A model generated the notes under the pieces. That model saw nothing but the letters and a program-made list of their open reading frames with translations. It ran no database searches and was not told the DNA's origin. A stretch of DNA of 63,907 bases, counting the filler, from Rhizaria sp. SCN 62-66 (Eukaryota): NCBI GenBank assembly GCA_001724265.1. It is 6 parts of 6 records of this genome, joined end to end, with 100 filler letters (N's around TTAATTAATTAA, not from the genome) between each part and the next. Parts side by side here need not be neighbours in the genome. Positions count along the whole stretch, not along the records: positions 47,071 to 58,162 come from MEDY01000551.1; positions 58,263 to 63,907 come from MEDY01000629.1; 4 more parts are not named here. One strand, given 5' to 3'. Numbering within the stretch: the stretch's first letter is position 1; every line of letters starts with the position of its first letter. Shown here piece by piece: positions 54,201-63,907 of this stretch. The position numbers and the translations under genes are program-made.

Positions 54201-57200
54201 CCGCGGCCGCCGCGCGCGCTGCCGCCGGACGCGCTCCCGCCGCTGGGCTCGTTGTCGGCCGTGCTTGACACGGAGACCGCGCCCGCGTTCTTGCTATCAG
54301 ACTTCGGCCCAGATCCTGCAGCCAGCGCCAGCGCCAGTACGGACATTGCGGGCACTGCGGGTGCGGCGAGGCCGCGCACTGCGCCGAGCGGCGAGCAGAC
54401 TCAAGCGCAGCAGCAGCAGGCGCAGCTGCAGCGACCCGGTTCTGCGCGCGCCGGCTCTAGCTCTGGCTTTGGTTCTGCCGATCAGAAGGAGCAGTCGCCG
54501 TTCGCGCTGTATCTGGCGCAGTCACAGGTGCAGTGGGCAGCGCAGGCCAAGGCCGCGGCCGCCGCGCCGCCGCCCGCGGCCGCGCTGGCGCTGGTGCCCA
54601 CGCTGCCGCAGACCGCGGTCGCGCCCCCCGCGGTCACCGCGGCCACCACGCGCGGCATCTCAATCTCGCGCCCACACTCGCAATCGCATGCGCAGTCGCA
54701 GGTACATGTGCAAGAGCCGGACGCGCTGCTGCTGGCGCCGGACTGCGACTTGTGGCCGTTGGCGACGTCGGAGGACGTGGGTGCCGCGGCGCGCGCGCTC
54801 CGCACAGCCAACGGCAACAGCAATAGTGGCAACACCGGTGCGCTCGAACAGAAGCGGACCGAGGGCTGGGCAGCTGCCACGGCGCAACTGCAAACGCTTG
54901 TCGGGCAGCAACCTCTGCGTTACTCCCTACAGCAGCAACAGCAGTTGTCGCAGTCGCGCGGCGTCACTCTGTTCAACGCTGCTTCCAACGACGATGACAG
55001 CAGCGCTGGCGCTGCGAATGCGAGTAGTGCGAGCGCGGTTGACGCCGATCTCGCGTGCTCAGACATCAGCGAGCTCGCGTGTGTGGGTGGCTCTCATCTA
55101 AGCGCCGCCAAGCGCTTCGGGATGTACACGGTCTATACGCACCGCCGACCGTCCCGCGCCGCCACCGGCGCCGCCAGTACTGGCGCTGCGGGCGCCGATG
55201 CGTGGGCTGTTCCCGCGGGGACCGCGCGCAGCGACGTCAGCAGCAGCCCTGCAGCGGTGGCTGCTGCTGCGGCTGCGGGCGTGGCGAGTGTAGGCGCCGG
55301 CGCGTTTGTGTACCAGCACAACAGCGCTCTCGTGAACAATGCAGGCGCTAACAACGCAGATGCATGGACCGGCGCCAGTCGCGGAATCAGCCTGCAGCCC
55401 CCGCAGCAGCAGCAGCAGCAGCAACAGCGGCCTGCATATGCGACTGACCAGACGCAAACACAGCCAGACGCGGCGCTACCTGCAGCCGCAGTCGCAGCGC
55501 AACCGCCTGCTGCCGCCTCCGCATCCGCGCCCGCGGTCTCCACGGCCCCCGCGCCGTTGCCGGCCGGTCTGTACCACTTCAACCCGCATTCGCTCTTCGT
55601 GCCGCAGACGGCCACCGCGTTCGCTCACCGCCGCGCAGACGGCGTCGCCGCCACCGCGACGGCCGCGGCGACGGCGGCGGCGTTCGCGCAGCAGCAGCAG
55701 CAGGGGCCGCTGAGTGCGCGCGCGGCGGAGCAGGAGGAGCTCTTGCGCGAGGCCGATAGGGCTGAGGCGGACGCCGCGGTCGCTGCGTTTAGGCGCATGC
55801 TCGGCGTTGCCGCCACGATGAACAACAACCCTGCGACTAACAATGCTGCGCCGAATGAAGCCAGTGGTAACACTGCTGTCCCACATCAGCAGCAGCAGAA
55901 AACAGAAGCGGACGGCGGTGCAGGCATGACGAGGGGCATCGGCGGGTTCTCTCGCGCAAATTCGAACAACGCCAGCGGCTTCAATGGCGCCAGAAGCAAC
56001 GTCATTGGCGTTGCGGGCGCTCAAAGCAGCAACGAGTACTACACACAGCTGCAGCCGCTGCCAGCGCTGCAGGAGGACGAGCAGGACCCTGGTCCGGCAG
56101 GCTGGCTGCAGCAGTCGCTGGCAAAGCCACTGCCGGGCGCTGTGGCTCTGCTCGGCCCTGGCGGGTACTCCACCTACACCCCAGTGCGCCTGTCGCAGCC
56201 TCAGAGGACTGTGGCTCAGCTGCAGAGCGCGGGACAGCTGCAGCCGCCGTCGCAGCAGCAGCAGCAGCAGCACGCCGCGGTGGTGCCGCTGTCGCCTCTC
56301 ATGATGTCACAGTCGCTGCCGCAGTCAGGCGAGCAGTCAGGCGCGCAGGCTGGTGCAGCGCCGCCGTTGTCGCCGCACTCGGCCGCGGTGGCGCGGTCGC
56401 TGCAGCTGAGCCAAAGCGCGCTATTGCCGGTCCAGAGCGCACCGTCACCGGCGCAGCTCGCATTGTCTTCGCCCCAGCCAGTGACATCGCCGCGCCAGAC
56501 CGCGCTGTCGCCAGTGCAGGGCGCGCAGTCTCCGTTCCAGAGCGCGACGTCGCCGCAGCTCGGCATATCGCCGCGGCCTGACACACTGTTGCCGCGGCAG
56601 GGCGTGGCTGGTGCCGGCGCGAGCAATCCAGGCATTGCGCGTGACGATGAAGCTAGGGCCGTGACAGCTTTGCCAACTGCGGCGACATCCACAGCACCGA
56701 CTGCGGCTGTGTTGCCGGCCTCACTTGCGACTGCGGCGAGCTCTTTGCTGTCCCCAGTCAAGGGCGACTACGTGCGCGACACAGCGATTGTTACGAGTCC
56801 CCCCGCGAGCGAGCGCAAGGATGACGGCACAAGCGCTGTCACTGGTGCTGGTGCTGCGCCTGCTGCCGCGCCAACCTCGGCAAAAGCTTCCGTTGCCCAC
56901 GTTGATCCCGACGCGGATAACGCCAATAATAGCAGTGCTACGGCTACTTTGCCGGCTCTCGCTGCGACCCCCAACTCCGACTCGACCGGCGCGGGCGCGA
57001 GCGCCAGCATGGGCCCGGCCAAGAAGCTGCCGAATCGCGGCCGCGGCTCCGGCGCGCCGTCTGCCCCCGCGGCACCCTTAGCGTCCGCCAAGAGCGTTGC
57101 TGCGAAAACGACGCCCTCGACCGGCGCGAGTGTCGGAGCGACTGCTTCGTCGTCGTCAGGGTCGTCGTCGCTGCCGCCGGCGCCGCCGCGCGTGGCCAAG

Positions 57201-57500
57201 TCTGAAGCTGTGGGCGTGCTGGCGCGCGCGGCGCAGCGCAGCAGCAGCACGCGCGGTAGCGACGTGGCGGCCGCTGCGAGCGCCGGCGCGGCCAAGAGCA
57301 AGGGCAAGGGCGCCAGCGGCGCGGAGACTGCCGCGGCCAGTAGCAAGAGCGGAGGAACCAAGGCAACAGCCGCGGCCAAGAGCGCTGCTGAACCGGAGGT
57401 GCCGCTAGAAGGGACCGAGGCTGAGGAGGTTTCCGCGGCGCTGCGGGCGTTGGGCGACGAGCTGGAGGATCTTGCTCTCTCGCTCTCACTCAAAAAGTAA
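51269..57500 (+). CDS. Large low-complexity protein with a central multi-pass membrane domain (exons 51269-52762, 52899-57500)
   Basis: An AT-rich phase-0 GT..CAG intron (52763-52898) joins two ORFs; 4-5 hydrophobic helices lie around the junction; TAA stop. Confidence 0.75.
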
Positions 57501-58162
57501 GAGTAGACATGGTGTGATGTGCGAGTGACCAATGAGGCCGCCAACACATACATTTTAGAGTTTCTGAGGATTCTGTGGCTTAACCGAGATTTAATCTGGA
57601 ATTTTATTTCAAAAAAGTGATTTTAATGTTATTTAGTGATTCTTAAGCGACGCAAGCTGTTGTGACTATTGTGTAGAGCAAAGTAGCGCCATTATACAGA
57701 GTTGATTGTTGAGATAATGGCCGCGCCACATATGAGTCCACAACGTTCAATGACAAGTTGACGGTTACGGCTGCAGATATGTAACCAGTCGCTAAGTGAG
57801 GACTTCGATGTGTTACTGTCGAGCAGTAAGCTTACTCATTACACACAGTCCTAGCCTGACATTGAAAACTTGGACATGAATACAGCTGATACAGTAGTAG
57901 CTACTTTTTATTTCAAGAATTTGTGTATTAGTTTGAGCAAATTGTTTTAGTTGTCTACAACATACATTGTACTTTAGTACGTAAGCTTATATTTAATCAC
58001 CTTATGTGTCCTCGTTAATACAAAATCATTTTCTCTTTCTGACTGTTCAGTGGAGGTGCTGCGTCTTGGAAAGTACAAACTTAATTTTTATTTCCCTTCA
58101 ATACAGTCTTCGATATACAGCATAATTGAGCATATTCCTTGGTATCCTTACATATAAACATC

Positions 58163-58262
58163 NNNNNNNNNNNNNNNNNNNNNNNNNNNNNNNNNNNNNN
58201 NNNNNNTTAATTAATTAANNNNNNNNNNNNNNNNNNNNNNNNNNNNNNNNNNNNNNNNNNNN
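58163..58262. other. Artificial contig linker
   Basis: 44N-TTAATTAATTAA-44N. Confidence 0.98.
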
Positions 58263-58826
58263 ATAGACGTCGCTGCGGCGTGCACACTCGTCAGAGTCAC
58301 TGCCGCATCCGCAGCTTCAGCCACAATTGCAGCCACGTTGAGAGAGCCTGAGCATCCAAAATGGCGCGAGAATGGGCTAGGAACATATACTGTAAGTAAC
58401 AATTGGACTGGAAGTTGGGCTAAATCGAGAGCAAAAAAGAGAGGAATAAGATATGCTGTCTCGAGCTGATTTAAAAAAAAAAAACACTCTACTCTCCTGA
58501 TAACCGATAAAGGACTGATCAAGGACTAAAACATTGCGGAATCAAAGAATGTTAAAGTTTCAACCCCAAAATTGGACCATGGAAACCATTACGTTAGGAA
58601 CTTCGTAGCCGTTGGAAAGACTATGCCCATCATGCACTCTGTCGATCATCATACTGGTGTGACCTAATCGTCAAGTGAGACTAATTTAAAAGAAATCAGT
58701 TGTCCTAGTTCGTTATTTATTGATGCAATTATCAGAAGTTTGGTAAATATCAACTTTGAGCGCCCCCTAGAATACTTCTCACACGCTCCTTGCGTTTCGC
58801 TCTCCGGTCTCTTCAGCTCGTGTTCC

Positions 58827-60986
58827 ATGAGCAAGTTCGTCTCTGCGGACGCGTTCATTAGCAGCTTGGGCCTGCTTGACCCAGAAGCATCTATCCCAGC
58901 CCAGTAGATTCTTGTCGCACTCCGCAACTTGCAGGAAGACCTCGTCGCCGCGCAGCAGGACAACGACGCGCTCAAGAGCGAGCTCGACGCCTCGCGCCGT
59001 TCCCTGGTCCACGTCGAGGACGTCCTGCTGCCCAAGTACGAGGAACACGCGCTTCTGTGCCGTGAAAACGAGGCCAAGCTAAAGGCGATGCTCTCGCGCA
59101 TGAACGGCGAGCGCGCAGCCCTCTCCTCGGAGACATCCCGCCTCACAGCGCGTCTGCGCACAGTCACACAAGAGTCCTCACAGCAAGCCGCCGAGCTACG
59201 CGCGCGCACCGAAGAGGCCGCCATGCTTGAGGCCACGCTTGCGGCCGTGCGCGCCGAGTCTGACGCGGCCTCGCAGACGCAGGCGCGCGCGGCCGTTGCC
59301 GACGCCGTCGCGGCCGCCGTCGCCGCGGTCCGCTCCGAGGCCGACTCGCGCCTCCGCGCGGCCGAGACGCTCCTGGCGCAGGCGCGCGCCGAGGCCGACG
59401 CGCGGCTGTCTGCGGAGCGCGCCGAGGCCCAGCGCCGCGCGTCGTCGACCGCGGCGACGGCGCAGGAGCTCGCCGCGCGCCGGGCCGCCCTCGAAGGCGA
59501 CGTCGCCGCGGCCAAAGTCGCGCAAGACGCCGCCGACCGCCGCGCGGCCGAGCTGGGCGCGCGCGTCGCCGCGCTCGAGGCCGAGCTGGGCGCGGCGCGC
59601 GACGCGGCGGCCGCGGCAGCGCGCGAGCGCGACGGTGGGGTGCAGGCGCGCGCGCGAGCCGTGGCCGAGGAGCGGGCGCGCGCCGAGGCCGCGGCAGCGG
59701 GGCAGAGAGAATACACACTCCACTTGACGCACGTCATCTCCGTGCTCGAGGCATACATCGCGCGCTCGCTGCGCAACGGCGGCGCTGGCGCGGCGGGCGC
59801 TGGCGCTGGCTTTGGTAGCGGCGGCAACGGAGGTTCTCAGTCGCAATGGCAGCTGGCACAACAGCCTCAACAGCAGTCTGGCCCTGCGCCTGCGAGCGGC
59901 GGCAAAAGCACTGCGAGTGGCTCCTATTACTCTGGCGGCGCGTGCGCACACTACCAGCCCACGGCAAGCTCAAGCTCTGGGGCTAACGCCCACGGTCCCC
60001 ATCACAATGACGGCCACGGTAACGGCCACGGCCACGGCCACGCTCCTGCGAGTGCTAGTGGTGGCCGCGCTGGCGGCGTCGGCGGGCGGGTTAAGACGTT
60101 GCGGTGCCTGGCAGAGCTGGCCGACTTTGACGGTTGCTGCCATCAGCTGCGCGGCTCCGGCCTCACCGCCACCTGCGCCCACGGTCACGCCCACGGTCAC
60201 GCTCACGCTCACGGTCAAGGCCTCGGTCAAGGTCGGACGCAGTCACGCTCGCGGTCACGCTCGCGCGGCCGTCTGACTTACAGCGACAACACATCCGGCA
60301 GCGGCAACAGCAGCGGCAACGGCGGCGGCAACGGCGGCGACGGCGACGACGGCGGTGGCCGGCCCGAGTGGCGGCCGTCGTCGGCGTCCCCCGCGCCGCT
60401 GCTGTCGGCGCGCGCTCTCCGCCGCCAGCGCCAGGCACAGCTTCAGCTCGCATCGGGCGCCGCCTCCGCATTGGCCTCGGGCTTTGGCCCAAGCTCGGGC
60501 TTAGGCTCAGGCTCGGACGCTGCTGGCTTCGGTGTACCTGTCTCGTTCACTGCCAACGCCGGCCTGGTGGGGACTGGCGCGTCTGGCGGCGGCGCGCCGT
60601 CGTTCCTGAGCGTGACGCGCGAGCTCGCGGCGCCGGGCTCCTCGGCGGGCGGCTTGGCGGGCGGCTCGGCGGGCGGCTCGCCCGTGGCGACGACTGTGGG
60701 CCGCGAGCTGGCGCGTCTCCGGGCTGCGTACGCGCAGGCGGTCGCGGACCTCAGCGCGAGCAGGGGCGGGAGCCACTCGGCCACCGTGTGGGCGGCGCGG
60801 CACGACAGGGACTTCACGAAGGAGCTCACGGCCGAGAGCGAGGTCAAGGCGCTGCTGGAGCAGGTGGAGGCCAAGCAGGCACTGCTGTATCGCGCGCACA
60901 AGAACAATATCGGCGACGGCAATGGCAATGGTGGAGACCTCGACGCGGGGCTTAATGCGACTGTTGAAGACTCGTTTGACCCTTGA
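58827..60986 (+). CDS. Coiled-coil protein with Gly/His-rich tail; in-frame TAG at 58905
   Basis: ATG 58827 gives MSKFVSADAFISSLGLLDPEASIPAQ*ILVALRNLQEDL, in frame with the TTG-started 685-aa ORF. Confidence 0.75.
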
Positions 60987-61453
60987 TGTGAATTAGCTTG
61001 TGTTGGATTTCCTCGATTTGCTATGATTAGCTGTACATGAACGCTTTTGCATTGTTTATTGAAAACATGACTGGAATGTCTAAGCAGGCCTGCGTGCCAG
61101 GATTCAATGAGTATATCCTACGCGGTAAAGAGCCGCGAGCCACGATATGAACTTGAATACATATTGTACTAACTGTTGTGATCCACTTTTCAAGTGAAAG
61201 AATTCTCAATCCAAACGAAAACATGTGGGATTCAAGTTCACAATTGTGACCCGTCAATTCTTGACATAAATCTTCTGTAGAGCTCGCGTGTCCAGCGGCC
61301 AAAATTTACACCCATATTCTAGTTCACAATGATCGTCAGAGAGTATGCGAACAAGTCGCGTATATTCAGTTGTGTCGTTAAATTTATGTTTTCTTTTAAA
61401 TACTCTAAAAATCTTTTCTATCTCTGTACACACTCGCACGCAGGAAAACTACG

Positions 61454-62844
61454 ATGCGTCTTGTTGTTCTCCTTCTCGCAACCCTCTTCTCAGGCCTTGC
61501 GGTGGCGTCTCCCTTTTTCACCCCCAGTGCGGACATTGAGCGCATTGCCCGCGGCTTTCCCGACGCCATCGGCGCCTCTGTCTCCGACAGCAACCGCTTT
61601 TCTTTGCACAAGTTCGACATCAAGAGTGGCAATGTGCAGCCGACTGACCCCGTCTGTCTCGACGGCTCCCCCGCCGGCGTGTACGTCCACCGCGCGACTT
61701 CCTCCGCCGGTAAGCGCAAGTTCGCGTTCTTCTTCCAGGGCGGTGGCTGGTGCTCTGGTCCGCAGGACTGCAAGGGCCGCGCCGGCACCGACCTGGGCTC
61801 GAGTCTCAAGTGGGGCAACGAAACCGGCGGCGCGGGTCCTATGGACCCAGACTGCTCCCGCAACCCGCTCTTCTGCGACTGGAACCTCGTCATCCTGCCC
61901 TACTGCGACGGCAACTCCTTCACCGGTTCCCGCGACGGCGCCCTGGTTGTCGACGGCCAGCCGCTGTACTTCCGCGGCGCGCACATTACCGAGGCGGCGA
62001 TGCGCTGGTCAGTGGCCAACCTCGCGCTCGACAAGGCCACCGACGTCCTCCTCTCGGGCTGCTCCGCGGGCGGGCTCGCCACCATCCTCAACACCAACCG
62101 CGTGGGCGCCTTCCTGCAGCGCTACGCGCCGGCGCTGCAGACGTTTAAGGCCATCCCTCTGTCGGGCGTGTTCCTGGACGTGCCCACGGTCACCGGCGTG
62201 AACGCATACGCCACCATCATCCGCTCCATCGTCGACATCTCGAGCCCGCGCTACACGCTCATCGACGACGGGCCCGCGGCGCGCGACCCCTGTCTGGAGG
62301 CGCACGCGGAGGACCCCGCGGCGTGCCACTTCGCTCAGAACTACCTGCCGCACGTTCGGGCGCCTATGCTCGTGGTCAACTCGGCCATCGACTCTTGGGA
62401 GTTGTCGTGCATCCTCACCGTCCACAATGGGTACGTTCGTTAGTCTTATTCTAATCGAAAACAAATATAAGTATGAGCGAGGTTGAGCTGTTGGGGATAC
62501 TTAGCTGTGTCACACTTTTGTTCTCCTCCATGATCATCGTTTGCCACTTTCATTTCTCTCACACACCTGAAAATGACCTGCCTTGTCTTCTTAATGCAAC
62601 CTTTGTTTGTGATCCATCGCTCTCACAGCAAGTGCGGCCAGGCCCCCGGCTGGCAGGTCTGCGCCAAGGACATCAACTCCTGCCCTGAGACGCAAATCGG
62701 CACGATCGCCATGTTTGCCAAGAACTCCACTCTCGCGATGCCCTCCGTTACCTCCAACGCCGCCGACGCCGATGCCGCCAACGCTGCCCTTGCGCTCAGC
62801 GTTGGTCTCGGCAACGGCAACGACTACAGCTTTGGCCACGGCCA

Positions 62845-62909
<65 letters not shown>

Positions 62910-63235
62910 TTCACGGGCTCGGTAACGGGCTTGGTGCGATATCAGACAGCACCGCTGCCTCGTACTCCGGTCTTGATCTCACCGCGCTGGCGGAGCGGTT
63001 TGCGCGCGAGGCCATGGCGGGCGCCGGCAGCCACGTGGGCGTGTTTATGCACACGTGCCAGACGCACTGCGAGGGCTTCTCCAACTCCAAGTGGGCCGTG
63101 ATCACCGAGGGCGGCAAGACCATTCGCGCCGCCATCGAGAGCTTCTACAAGCAGGGCACGGGCGAAGCGGCCGAGCGCATCTGGCCCTGCGCGTTCAAGA
63201 GCAGCGCGCCGTGGCAGTGCAACCCCACGTGCTGA
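61454..63235 (+). CDS. Secreted pectin acetylesterase / Notum-family carboxylesterase (exons 61454-62430, 62629-63235)
   Basis: Signal peptide; CLDGSPAG; GGGWC; YCDGNSFTG; LYFRG; GCSAGG nucleophile; NSAIDSW; CQTHCE; phase-2 GTACGT..CAG intron. Confidence 0.92.
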
Positions 63236-63513
63236 ATGAGTGCGTGAGGCAGTGAGTGAGCCTGTGGAAGCGGTGAGCCAAAATTTAGCTCGTCCTCTTC
63301 TTACCATCGTGATAGTGATTGAAGTGAATAGTGACCATATTTACTTTAGAAAACAATACAAATAATGATGTATTATGATTTAATCATTGTCTTCAAAACA
63401 AAAAGTTGTTTGAGATATTGCTTGCTTCGTAAAACAAAGAAACACAGACGAAGAGCATCACTTTGTTTTGGTTACTCCACATGACAACACGTCATTCGGG
63501 GAATTAAAACACA

Positions 63514-63907
63514 TTAGAAGGATGTGGCTGGCTGATCCCAATTGGTGGCTTCGGATGATGAGAAGCCTCCGCCAACAGCGGTACCATCAGTGTTGAACCC
63601 GGCGGCGCCAGTCGCAGAGGCGGCGGCAGCGGCAGCGGCAGCCTCAGCATCGCCGGCCTCCTTGGCAGCGGCGGTGGCCTCGGCCTCCTTAGTAATCTCA
63701 TCAAGGTCACGGTGCATGAAAAGGTCAATCATAACTTCCCAGGGCTCGGTGCGGGCAATGGCGCCGCGCATGCGGAGCACCTCACGGGCCAGGAGCCAGT
63801 AGACAAGGGCGATGGACTGCTTGGACTTGTTGTTGCAGGGGATGGCGATGTCGACGCAGCGGAGGGGGGCATCAGCGTCGCAGAGGGCGATGATGGGGAT
63901 GTTGACG
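63514..63907 (-). CDS. RPSA: 40S ribosomal protein SA (uS2), 3' part
   Basis: [60 protein letters not shown] stop. Confidence 0.95.
   Translation of the reverse strand, partial: VNIPIIALCDADAPLRCVDIAIPCNNKSKQSIALVYWLLAREVLRMRGAIARTEPWEVMIDLFMHRDLDEITKEAEATAAAKEAGDAEAAAAAAAASATGAAGFNTDGTAVGGGFSSSEATNWDQPATSF

Noticed and set aside
13114-58262. Gene neighbourhoods or an inverted repeat across the N-TTAATTAATTAA-N spacers
   Set aside because: The spacers are identical 100-nt artificial linkers, and the complete contigs are length-sorted (11357, 11106, 11094, 11092 nt), so cross-linker synteny is meaningless

Overview
Eukaryotic (protist-like) nuclear DNA with GC-rich coding regions, AT-richer spacers and GT-AG introns. 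The window is not contiguous: six contigs are joined by 100-nt linkers (44N-TTAATTAATTAA-44N) in decreasing length order. Recognisable genes are MPP alpha, proteasome alpha-7 (partial), a PIH1-domain protein, ZNF593/Bud20, a Rab32/29-like GTPase, the 3' end of an H+-pyrophosphatase, a pectin-acetylesterase/Notum-family esterase, RPSA (partial), an ankyrin-repeat protein, a B-box protein, a possible Dsn1, and several large low-complexity or surface proteins. Main finding: nine in-frame TAG codons (plus one ambiguous) interrupt four otherwise continuous genes on four contigs, while 15 clean gene ends use only TAA or TGA. This suggests a non-standard nuclear code with UAG as a sense codon (Gln most likely, Leu not excluded) and UAA still a stop. 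Also notable: a probable 94-nt intron whose 5' end is built from telomere-like TTATTAGGG repeats, and a ~670-nt highly base-paired intergenic segment that may be an unannotated ncRNA.
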